Below, in pieces: positions 50,001 to 54,997 of a DNA stretch of 64,000 bases. The stretch is taken from the IMG/VR virus record IMGVR_UViG_3300037400_004179, positions 3,427 through 67,426 of that record; one strand, 5' to 3'. The notes under the pieces are model-generated. The model had not been told where the DNA came from. It was given only the letters and a program-made list of their open reading frames with translations, and made no database searches. How positions within the stretch are numbered: the stretch's first letter is position 1; each line of letters begins with the position of its first letter. Origin of the DNA: a virus. Its lineage: Duplodnaviria > Caudoviricetes. The position numbers and the translations under genes were made by a program.

Positions 50001-50457
50001 CGAGCGCCGCCTGCTCCGGCGTCTGCTCGCGTCCGTTCACGACGCGCTTCTGTAGATGCGGCTTGCCGTCGATGAAGTCCCTCATCCGCGTCAGGCGGTC
50101 TTTCTGCGTCTGCTCGAAGTCTCCGCCGGCGAACGGGACGAGATTCGCGAAGGCATAGCGGCCCGCCCCGTCGCGCTGGCCCGTCTGCGCCTGCCACTCA
50201 AGTTCCATCAGCTCGCCCTTGCTTCGCTTCACCTTGTCGCTCTTCTCCGGCGCCTTCGGAGAGTAGACCGAAGATGTGCCGAGAGAGCCGCGCAGTTCGT
50301 CTTCGCTAATGCCAAGCTGCGCGGCAAGCTTGGATTCCGTCTTCTGACCTTCCCCGTCGTCGATGAATTTCGGGCCGGATGCCTGCGCATCGTCGATGAA
50401 CTTCGGCGCAGACGGCATTTCGTCGTCGATGAATTCAGGCGTCTTGAAATCGCTCAC
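35080..50457 (-). CDS. giant (~5125 aa) DarB-like polyvalent virion protein: HExxH peptidase, ParB-like, kinase-like, N6-adenine MTase, SNF2 helicase and helical C-terminus
   Basis: Likely GTG start at 50457 overlaps upstream stop (GTGA); VLAHESGH (~48180); ITGRHR (~47310); LETSAGVGNF, VELD, SNVPFG (43250-43750); HCVGAGKS, VDEAHNFK, QRDGRGIRAGN (39600-41700). Confidence 0.88.
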   Translation of the reverse strand: MSDFKTPEFIDDEMPSAPKFIDDAQASGPKFIDDGEGQKTESKLAAQLGISEDELRGSLGTSSVYSPKAPEKSDKVKRSKGELMELEWQAQTGQRDGAGRYAFANLVPFAGGDFEQTQKDRLTRMRDFIDGKPHLQKRVVNGREQTPEQAALGRGMFGMMMGDRRDTLDDMMADEAAYLLGANITQTQRGDKEPRADFEKRLKELVDAKFKESVGAQEEARKKLDETDRGFTDKIVVGGMPSVRYVGEMAAGGMLMKGAQTAKLGFNLLTKEGLKKLFTSEGAKEFAKVAAQKVGVDAAKAMPATMSGTAQGMREMARDEYALDQNGNVVVASEGDKGDTLGKAFRNSFAENLLENTVGEITRPLAGKTFSLLGKHGGKIGRAANRVYQNYNRLTDVTGFGDMLFEELPEENVQYFFSDVLGWGKKDSEYRGVMEELRHAFTDEGGQYTVGGQWNTMLAMLLQMGAQTAVAGGKTAIQHIDAKRDIGNQLESVCGLTKEQVGAMSLGQRAAFANAWNAMHDNPDALRGALEKAGGYLGKMADELTKQSTYKLQKDVAEYGESPRRFEVQTETGADGKPVPKFSKSIRTDGVTGKTEVVNEMYDEKSGVTMIENGDGTYEVRDEIHPERVFAIDDFGEAQRCADFYALTNQKQSLDNAVKRRYAEQLTQTKFQRPTEIADHVGDVFRVVQGEIAKNGDFHGIRDVSQLFVTGKDGSVTYPPTLIGGSDAGGFTCPDGTVVMVLDNIESAADMNRVLAHESGHAAGKGDPAARQEMLSRVSPDTEYGRLLGQMREMNEARGEERRLPEDKLREEAFSQWLQKRGHNPSIGQRISHALFGKVGKLNDADLEVIASRIEKESATANGGVEFIPANANADHTAVEEPEAPAPTQEQAPETATETKNPAPIVAETPAKPAEAQGGSETKKVTPEPENAPRERKIASVDDVAQAAKAPLTEEERKTLADAMDMTGVEAVEKVPESSDFLSILGQEAPVVRLNPKKVDRSDAILPNMKKDANRTSGITKPLSGDWHPTMGGIGAVWLTKDGKLAVITGRHRSEMADRLNKSMLYYVFREADGFTKDHAEIFDAVANIHDEKGTINDYIGFLEHAKPTREQAEKAGILSGKGLVAWSIYSDATEAVRRATDLGGTGEEGLITPNQATTIAQAAPKGAHERNAFIQSVLLRAAKSGMKGKAFTGYAREMTRQLQSGAVNKNLLQGEQMDLFQDESFLAMEALTKRRNEYRQRKSNIYAEVASNIRSALNRQGKLELNAEYAKELGVTDKTDKAQLEKAYDLATERADYWDPAGTRILEDADVKTMDAEINAKADAAAKKRAEAKAKVEAIKAKRAGKPAPATPETKKAPAETKAKVSETKAASPETKKPVLETPKPKAETPSADNSTSELAPKPEKQTPPVLESRTTEKPATASAVQTQTTADEPDPAMVERIFANTIFQGGNRAAKIKAIVDTWRQIRGMVRPGEKINIAKIYEKIGSRDAVDRALGYPDPFTGKRWDGRQEYEDNSFGTYKVTRPQEDAKKPEKTRSQESRQVEQKPKKRTVKLKDADAEKKAKDILDALDFDTKQLDPDRHERRTFDILMPDGKIVQAHGYTRRQAQGYANKYHPGGVAYEQGGAKNAIIASLRERGYGSYVKASQGYPDAARVSGTAFHRAVAAGITHGRTKFEANAALEQANQQGVDVRGGSGIRKGTRPLASVVAGKSERASERGWRYFSDGTVVIPIFDGTPGKAANAFLDILRINAAFGGYEVTGYAEDEKGNLYAVANGPKVVARAEPLFENREKFLKDHGFTKSTDTRFGDRLWEKQNPHIVVDEEELKLARTADGGYTALHAAISGPLEAGVDFDDKSFDYEKFGRLVTGVGKLVDVLSESGHKDFKSLAAYIYESDPAKFERAKPVLQDIWNAVAKQKGLERVSDERADEIYGTISVSAEEGNENVDVRQSGKPDAPSADGISELRPAAPASASGEEGRGNVATQQGERSSDQPVHDDGERRAAGVSVVGDEVRQPVSELHEERGQGDGQKAELPPSDTREHSGRSTESGESGRRLEPGQSDALHGVAASDPVEAAHKASPEKPSNYVITDEDAEWLTNSTPREKVANNIEVIKLLNDLEGEGRLPTPEEKTKLARYVGFGGFPQALDQKYKDAYEKYGGIPSKELPAQTQAALRKLRFGLKGFDNYVQLRELLTPEEFKALHRATIDAFYTTIDVCRDIHAALKASGFNGGRMLETSAGVGNFIGTGRYQDAQWTAVELDKTTGKILGYLYPLSNVKVQGFEETPIPPGFMDAVVSNVPFGQIHLHDPEYNKLNFPIHDYFIARGVDRLRVGGVAAFITSTGTLDKLDKSLIRYLEQHGGKIVGAVRLPNEYQQKNAGTAVASDIIFIQKEKGEVDNSAFARNGEIEGLKINGYFAEHPEMIFATVKRGTSMYGNTPALEFVATKDLAELPALVKKAAEGLKYIPANEVSKPDPISLDADKSGLRRGNIGIVDDKVVKREGDMLVPVDTSKIKWPKKFSDKGFSFLGAVKQFIALRDAYNAYIDAQKNGTEDSVKMKRLSLNTAYDAMIARYKSFNNEKVMRELFDLDDADGIVLQQLEAYDLVPDGVGANGKPKMKKANFRKSDALKKRTLFGATRATKADTPMDGLRISLNECGRVNIPRIAELTGLPADEVQKQLVQSGHVFQNPSTGSFETRDEYLSGSVRRKLREARAAADVDPAFNKNVEELEKVQPEDKPATKIRYQMGQRFIPNDMYRDFLAEVVFGCNPNHVTVGYDEKADTWRVTGEAVNPEYARRSPISLEELLKRIFNGSPLTIKDRVDDGGGKYHYVLNPQKTQQAESLRDDLTAAMSKWLVATPERAERVKRSYNDMMNDDVPRRWDPDLITLDGISDVWKGRANTPGYEHQKRTIARGVLGGNLCIAHCVGAGKSFEMFSICMQLRRLGLAQKPMLTVPNHMVESGQVLKEFLEAYPGARVLVATSRDLATANRRKFLAKAANGDWDCIVVPHSSFSLIGMDPKVQAEYIQREIDDLREMMEAEARESGKKGNAVKRIEKKIANKTAKMQKLLDASKKDSTVPFENIGVDYLLVDEAHNFKGLDITTRMQNVSGVTGSVSQRAQDMEMKCRYLSKLHGGDKGVIFASGTIISNSISEMYTTMRFLSPTKMAEMGVRRFDDWARAFGVVETKPMPRASGKGYQEKTRFAKFQNLVEMKKFFHSFADVVLDEDLNIPRPFMIGGKPIVHKIPADPTQVAKVEELDKRLDSFKGGYDPKIDNPLKVVTEGRLVAIDPSLLGLKSEHRRLESAADEIYRIWQKSTGKAAKDGKTVLDGTQLVFCDSGVPKPRKFSRVVQTSDGGFATKSGNYWQFYVSPVDANGFRHARAVRSDGAKFSPKPFLDHQQGGVEDISTVYAAFEEMALTAAEYNVSHKMADKKHAAEPAGSPFDINAWIDQNAATLGYDIRFENPFAQERASAPEELDEDVDEGIAEEDEEDGEENGDPDEKLNGDVGVENMLRGKFNIYAHLKQLLIRRGIPESDIAFIHDAENADMKRALFADFNGVNTNFRGGKRILIGNTPKMGEGANVQKRLVAIHHLDVPWKPAWLIQRDGRGIRAGNLNAEIGIHRYVTEGTFDVYSYDKVSTKQQFINQAMNHDMSVDEVEDVDDAVLSAEEAKAAAAGPLGKYMLERVKLTESLRKADLTLSNQRSDLRNAQLGMESDQERLERTMRIAEETKKKISDFNAAKGDSPFGIEVVDTEGSFAGKTLTDNDEIARFLADKCNQFVRKGAEDGIIGRLYGFPVWWHEHRGSSGIEPSGAIEIPALRRDVTSSAPGVPNIPIVNRVAVITKGTVALLKSAVTRATGEGVLAELDQSVEAAKRRFEASAESLAKMSVDESLPGKIDDMIVRLAEVNGILGIKDEGAKKAAAKILDERINSDREAQAAAIALAKINQPVPVERQIADLEKEMGEVEFDTKDLDPDRIGVVPTSEEDVKLYGFTNAEIAGAMTAAGMEPPKHAVKTDEVLMKQADALLSNREYMRKLAHAVYQKGRATRDYENVALGIYADQCASVLNDAKSASDDMERMVEELPSDTDAETVEELKKRAKEMKLELAKAQREFREASVAKMQGASEQGRALRSNRIAVDAADYSYAGLRGMVQTELGGMEIPGKMDAEIGRLAENFKNLDEQQRQMAVERLKLFSQKIVDDIKRGDKTRSMTPRGAGNELKRVTRNYNDALNQIEVHADEAGGTLIGLADQLYPSWGKWLRAIGEYHCFMNPDIDEQGVIDAIRRDVGQFLDDGIDEETVRDVLTGFGQNYRQSRYDSQRKMNDLKAQSLAKRQRDYMLENGRLPPQTGMVRDEPSDETRALRREVQEMKKDIDQQEGGPRALKGALDSAKTRIKNQIADLERAILRGEKIERARRTVVEDVELHNLKARRDELRKTYDDLFGEKSTLTDEQRRARAEKALQKVLENALERLGRARTGDFSNNRVANPVTSDEIEHLREQIRWTNETYRALKKAAFPEGTPEEIEKRNAMRMKARERAILRIQEKILNGDIRPTVRKTPPMPEDMQSRYDAMGEELRRAHRKMRQLRAEAREMLRPVYMRKIGDAYRFIDGVWKMATASLDLTQVGNQTGSLAVAHPAITARSFTQSISAFTSEANAENIESDLMTEPVVKEAVDNKWLHWKKAGDFAENRGDRVEFFDAIDRGFTIGGRTVRLTDIPVYGTAIANSDRLYATYINTVSANLYSTIVKDPGLFPSGASTFEKKMVCDMINVMNGSGTLSKNARSVLGKVLWAPGLVDSQFKRHLGYTIWHPWMASAEEDGSGTMKERARMSWLGTKEFLKSHIGAMLLGGLLLALFGRDDDKDKFKRASLAQKAIMLMAPRIGHTQLDFTGGEVAFGRLGNKLLSGVKEGGNGRTTPIRDYFGEVAHFLRGRVTPLISNAFAALAGKDYAGQDYGPLEVMLSLAPISLRDAGKSIWENGRDGEWLTGIIGASLVMTGFGKGTYRKDDYKILSNKFREDYSSIEKIARDPMLDESEKEELIENIRTSNPLMKPEVAATIIGHVRQVDSEEREINRSIKKLELARTNPNPNINVAEVQKEIEKALLELNAEKEKVVKMIRDNR
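44250..44618 (-). CDS. nested +1-frame gene inside giant gene (122 aa; weak TnpV-like resemblance)
   Basis: TGGTACAAT at 44656-44648, AAGGAAACGAAA-ATG; GC3 bias lies in this frame while giant frame has A/T third positions. Confidence 0.6.
   Translation of the reverse strand: MSMYDSLGSLMRQALTAYRNCDPQLLLQHLEKRDAGTWLLNRAKGAQISLYTTTENDAQRAFLWSETKYDSLFPNYTKSADRETVKKLNYHLRTQGNIVDEALKAANLGDDWNPDNPTPYTE
45264..45536 (-). CDS. nested +1-frame gene inside giant gene (90 aa)
   Basis: TGCTATAAT at 45568-45560, GAGGGAAAGAGG before ATG; GC3 bias shifted to this frame. Confidence 0.5.
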   Translation of the reverse strand: MEATSKPAKDILTPQEYQELLFIGQLPRGSRTDEQSSRRMQLLSKLINRGWTFEAEAAYEREHGLSPRSSQENPSGQASADGATSPTEPS

Positions 50458-51962
50458 TTCGTGGCCTCCTTGGTTGAATGGAAGTTCCCGTCGCTCCACA
50501 TGTAGTATGTTTTGCCCTTGCGTGTCACACTTCCGCCGACGGGCACATTCATGCCATCGGTGTATTCCACGCCATCCTTCCATCCACCATTATCGCCTGA
50601 CTTTATCTCGCCTTTATCCGCCGTCGGCTTCGACTGTCCGCCGGCGTACTTCTTCTTGAGAGACTCGATGCTGTCGAGGTATTCCTGCTGGAACTGCGCT
50701 TTCTTTTCGGCGGGAAGTCCCGAAAAGACCTGCGCGGCCTCGTTGTGCCCGTCCTGCGCGAGCTTGTAGGCGAAGATGTCCTCGTTCAGCTGCTGGGACC
50801 GCTCGCCCTTGTCGATCCGCGCCTGAAGCTCCTGTCGGCGGAGTTCGAGCTTGTCCTGCTCAAGCTTCAGCTCCGCCTCGCTCTTGCCGCCGCCCTTCGG
50901 CGCAACCTGCGCGACTTCGAGATTGCCCTTGTTCTTCAGCTCCTGCACCTCCTTCGCGCTCTCGGCGCGCACCTGTGCCGCCTGTACGCTCGCGGGCGTG
51001 TTCGCCCCGACCTGCCACTTGAAGGGATTAAGGCCGCCGAACTCCGACACGGTGGACGCGCGGGCGTCCGCCTCGCTGACGTTGTTGAGCGTTGCAAACG
51101 AGGTCGAGAACTGGTTCATCACGCGCCCGAGGTCGAGCGGGACAAGCGACTTGGACGCCTTGGAGCCGTCGCTCTTGTTCACGGCCATGTAGAATGCGGG
51201 ATCGGCAATCGGCTTCCCGTCGTCGTCAACCTGCACGTAGGCGGCGATTTTCGACAGCGAGGACTTGCGCCCCATCGCCTCGGACTGCGCGTTGGCGCGC
51301 TCGATGGACGAACCGCCCACGGACACGACGCGGTACTTCTTGCCGTTGTGCTCCTTGACTTCGCCAAGCCCCTCGTTCATCAGAAGCCGAAGCGCGTTCT
51401 TCGCGGCCTGCGCGGTCGTGAAGTTTCGCTCGGCCCTCTGCATTTCGCGCTCCTTCTGGCTTTTCAGCATGAAGTCATACGCCTGCTGTCCGCGCGTCTT
51501 CGCATCGGCGAGACGCGCCGCCTTCTGCTGCTCGATCGCGTCCGCCCACGACGTGGCCGTGCCCTGGTTCGGGGAGATGCCGGAAGAAGCCGCCTCCATC
51601 ATCCTGAGAGACTGCGGGGCTTCCACCGCGTTGCCTTTCAAGTCCTCCCATGTCGTCGCTCCTGTCTTCTGATCAACGACGCGCACATAGCCGCCGAACG
51701 CCGTGCGGCCTTTGCCGTCCTTGCCGACAACCGTCTGGGGCTGTGGCTGCTGCGTGGGTGTGGCCGTCGGCGCCGGCTTTGCCTTCATCGCGTCGAGCCG
51801 TGCCTGCGGTATGCTCGCGGCAGCGTGCATCTCGTCGGTGATGCCGGGGGCGCGGCCAATCTCCGCAACGGATTTCCTGTACACCTCGTCGGGCGCCATA
51901 TTCTGAATGTCGTTGATCTCCTTGAGCTTCTGATCGAACTCTGCATCTGTAAGGTTAGCCAT
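50454..51962 (-). CDS. putative internal virion / DNA-ejection protein
   Basis: 502 aa, Ala/Gln/Lys-rich coiled coil, directly upstream of giant gene. Confidence 0.55.
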   Translation of the reverse strand: MANLTDAEFDQKLKEINDIQNMAPDEVYRKSVAEIGRAPGITDEMHAAASIPQARLDAMKAKPAPTATPTQQPQPQTVVGKDGKGRTAFGGYVRVVDQKTGATTWEDLKGNAVEAPQSLRMMEAASSGISPNQGTATSWADAIEQQKAARLADAKTRGQQAYDFMLKSQKEREMQRAERNFTTAQAAKNALRLLMNEGLGEVKEHNGKKYRVVSVGGSSIERANAQSEAMGRKSSLSKIAAYVQVDDDGKPIADPAFYMAVNKSDGSKASKSLVPLDLGRVMNQFSTSFATLNNVSEADARASTVSEFGGLNPFKWQVGANTPASVQAAQVRAESAKEVQELKNKGNLEVAQVAPKGGGKSEAELKLEQDKLELRRQELQARIDKGERSQQLNEDIFAYKLAQDGHNEAAQVFSGLPAEKKAQFQQEYLDSIESLKKKYAGGQSKPTADKGEIKSGDNGGWKDGVEYTDGMNVPVGGSVTRKGKTYYMWSDGNFHSTKEATK

Positions 51963-51964
51963 AG

Positions 51965-52489
51965 TCAGTCCTCCTCGTCTTCGTTCATCCAGTCGGCCAT
52001 TTGGTTTCCGAACGCCACGCTGTCCTGCACGGACTGCCCGTCGTTCATGTCGATTCCGTCGGGAAGCTCCACCCGGTAGCCTCCGTAGTCGTATCCGTTC
52101 ACGTTCGACTTGCCGAGCGCTGAACGGGCTACGGTGAACTGCGGCGCTGTCTGCACAGGCGCGGCTGGAGCGGGCGCAGGCGCCGCGGCGGGAGCGGGAG
52201 CCGTCGGCTGCGGCGCATTTGCCGCGTTGCCGTCTATGACCCCGCGCATCATGTCGCCGAGCGTCTGCTGCTGGGGTTTCTGCTGCGGGAGCCCGATTGC
52301 ATCGGCCCTTATGCCGCGCATCAGCTCGTTTACGACGCGGCGCGCGCCATCAAGTACGATCTGCTTCTGCGATGCGTAGGGGTCTGTCTGCGTTGGCGTG
52401 GCGGCCTGTGTCTGCGGCTGTCCGCCGAATCCCTTGCCGGGCTGCGCCGTCGCACTCTCGACGGATGTAGGCATGTCTTGTTCGCTCAT
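51965..52489 (-). CDS. putative internal virion protein
   Basis: 174 aa, Pro/Ala/Gln-rich; AAGGAGAAAACAA RBS region. Confidence 0.5.
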   Translation of the reverse strand: MSEQDMPTSVESATAQPGKGFGGQPQTQAATPTQTDPYASQKQIVLDGARRVVNELMRGIRADAIGLPQQKPQQQTLGDMMRGVIDGNAANAPQPTAPAPAAAPAPAPAAPVQTAPQFTVARSALGKSNVNGYDYGGYRVELPDGIDMNDGQSVQDSVAFGNQMADWMNEDEED

Positions 52490-52530
52490 CGCTTGTTTTC
52501 TCCTTTCAGATTGTCAGTATGAAGTCCTTG

Positions 52531-53724
52531 TCATTCAGGCTGCCATTGCCATTGCTGAGATATCCCCTGTGCGTATTTGTGGTTGTACTTCACGAATATA
52601 TATTCAGTGTAGGCATCGCAGTAATATCTCGGAGTCTGCGACATTGATGGAGCCTTCGTTCCAACTTTCGTGAAGTCTGCGCCAACACCTTCCATCAAGC
52701 TTTTCGAGAAGTCATAGTCGAAGCACTTGAAGCTCCAGTTGGTTCCGCTTTCGTGCGTCAAATGCTCGAACTTGTATTGACACAATCCTCTGCTGGCGTC
52801 ATAGTTGTTTGCGCGGTAAAGTACAAATGCGTATGCATCAACTACATCGTCACGCCTCAAATCAACATAGGCGTATGCGTCGCCATAAACACCTTCTTGG
52901 CAATATTCGTATCCAGACTCATATTGTCCGTCAACAGTATGATAGTAGGAGACCCAGTCCAGAGCCATACTGTGAGTCCATGATTTTCTGCCCCTGCTTT
53001 CGCCAGTCAATATGGCAGGCACTATATACGCATAGGTGCCTTCCCAGCGGTTCGCGACATCTCCAGTATATTCGGTTATGACGCCGCCGCTGGACTTGTG
53101 GTATTTGCCAGTTCCACTCTTGATCCCCCTCTCACTGAATGTGTATGACCTGTCGAAATCGCCAGTAACTCCGTCATTAGACCATTGTATGCACTGATAG
53201 CAAGGTTGGAACAATATCCAATACATAAGACGCATAACATCAATATCGAAAGCTTGCCATTTCAAAGATATTCTTGCTCCGTCAGTTGCGTCAGCATACG
53301 GACACCTGTTCATTATGTCAGTATAGTCAAACATCAATTCTGGGGCAACTGTCCGAATGTAGTCTTTGACACTATAGCCGACGCTGTAGTCGTATCTGCC
53401 CATCGTCGGCATTGACTGTATTCCCTGATTCAAAAATACCTCGCATCCATAAGCCTGATATGTCTTCTTCATGTGGTTGTATATGATTGACCAAGCCTGT
53501 TCCATGAGATAGTATTTCCCCCAGTATGTATATGTAGGGGCAAGTCCGATGTTCGTGTAGTTGAAGCACCAAGTGCGAACAGACTCGCATATATAGCAAA
53601 TGTCCTCGTATCTGTATGGAGCCGCAAGAGACGCAATGTCAGAGGTTGGAATTATCTGACCCGTCAATGCTGGTTCAACGCCAGTTGTATCCACATATTT
53701 GTAGTCTGATGCTTGTGTCAACAT
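52531..53724 (-). CDS. low-GC Tyr/Trp-rich tail or receptor-binding candidate
   Basis: Start ATG 53724 one base after upstream TGA; AT-rich codons unlike the genome. Confidence 0.5.
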   Translation of the reverse strand: MLTQASDYKYVDTTGVEPALTGQIIPTSDIASLAAPYRYEDICYICESVRTWCFNYTNIGLAPTYTYWGKYYLMEQAWSIIYNHMKKTYQAYGCEVFLNQGIQSMPTMGRYDYSVGYSVKDYIRTVAPELMFDYTDIMNRCPYADATDGARISLKWQAFDIDVMRLMYWILFQPCYQCIQWSNDGVTGDFDRSYTFSERGIKSGTGKYHKSSGGVITEYTGDVANRWEGTYAYIVPAILTGESRGRKSWTHSMALDWVSYYHTVDGQYESGYEYCQEGVYGDAYAYVDLRRDDVVDAYAFVLYRANNYDASRGLCQYKFEHLTHESGTNWSFKCFDYDFSKSLMEGVGADFTKVGTKAPSMSQTPRYYCDAYTEYIFVKYNHKYAQGISQQWQWQPE

Positions 53725-53725
53725 A

Positions 53726-54997
53726 TCAAGATATATACTCCCAAATTTGTATTGTCGGTGCCCCCCTGTAGTCGTGCGTAGGCTCCAAGTTGGCGTTGAA
53801 ATAGTAAAGCGGAACATAGGTCTTGTATCGGGTTTGTGCTGGGATTGAACTCGCTCCCGTCACTATACTCGCGGTGAATAAAGTAGCTTCCATGTCGACT
53901 TCAAGATACGCGTAGCCAGCGGCAGACACTGTTGCCGAATCAACATTATACCAAGTTCTCGCACGCAGATACATTCCGTCATTGATGGTGTGCGTCTCTG
54001 GATCGTAGGAGAACGCGCAGCAGGAACAATGCCCGCCGCTTCCGCTTCCTCCTCCGTCGCCGCCACCACCAATGGTTAGACGCGTAAGCTTAACCATCGA
54101 ATCGACGTACTGAACAACCTTTTTCTCGCCCGTCGCGGCAACCGTCGACACCTTCGCAACCAAGACAGCATATGTCACATAACCGCTGGTGCTGCCCGAA
54201 TCTGAAACTGGCTGCGTATCAAAGCAGGCGGAACTATCCTCCGGTGTCGCATCATCCTGATTGGGCACCGTCGCATTGAGCCAAACGTCGCCGTCGGAAC
54301 TGCCGTTTGGAAGCGTATACCATCCCGCAGGAAGAGACTGCGCGGCGGCAAGTCCCGTCGGTTCGACATAGATGCGCCCGATCATCAACGGTCCGAGCTT
54401 GTTATTAGGGAGCGTGCCGGGAAACCAAATCACCCATGCACCTTCACCGCCGTTCTCACCCTGCGCCCAGCGGACCTCGTAAGGATGAAGCATGTGCGTG
54501 CCGAGCGTGACGCACGATGTGCAGATGTCGTACTGGTCGCCGTCGTTCTCGGATGAGCCGAAGCGACAGACGCGGAAGTTGAACAGCGCACCCTCCTTTG
54601 TGTCCTCGTCGTCGAACTCCACCTTGTATCCGCCTGCCGAAGACGCGTCCTGCGTGACGTGCGCATAGAGGGCGTCCGGCATGTCGTCTGGATCGAGGCA
54701 GTCAAGCGAAACGGTGTGGGATTCCGTGTCCACGTCCGCGATCTCCACTTCATGTCCGTCCACGAGGACGCATCCGGGCGGAGCGAAGATGTAGTATTCC
54801 CCGTCCTCGGGGTCGTAGTCCACCTCGAACGGACGCGCGTAGGGCACATCCTCGGCGGAGGGCCCCGGCGACACGGGAATCTGCGCGGCGGATTTGCCGC
54901 GCTCGTTCTCTGTCGCGACGACACGCCTTTCGAGAAGCTCCACTGTGCGGCGAAGCTCCTCTATCTCGCGTTCAAGCTCCCTTGTTTTTTCGCTCAT
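53726..54997 (-). CDS. modular tail-associated protein
   Basis: 423 aa; N-terminal coiled coil, beta-rich domains, GGGGDGGGSGSGG linker; GC drops in 3' half. Confidence 0.5.
   Translation of the reverse strand: MSEKTRELEREIEELRRTVELLERRVVATENERGKSAAQIPVSPGPSAEDVPYARPFEVDYDPEDGEYYIFAPPGCVLVDGHEVEIADVDTESHTVSLDCLDPDDMPDALYAHVTQDASSAGGYKVEFDDEDTKEGALFNFRVCRFGSSENDGDQYDICTSCVTLGTHMLHPYEVRWAQGENGGEGAWVIWFPGTLPNNKLGPLMIGRIYVEPTGLAAAQSLPAGWYTLPNGSSDGDVWLNATVPNQDDATPEDSSACFDTQPVSDSGSTSGYVTYAVLVAKVSTVAATGEKKVVQYVDSMVKLTRLTIGGGGDGGGSGSGGHCSCCAFSYDPETHTINDGMYLRARTWYNVDSATVSAAGYAYLEVDMEATLFTASIVTGASSIPAQTRYKTYVPLYYFNANLEPTHDYRGAPTIQIWEYIS

Noticed and set aside
50458-50583. First 42 codons of the tracked 5167-aa ORF
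   Set aside because: They overlap the previous gene; GTG at 50457 with GGAGG RBS and GTGA coupling is the better start.
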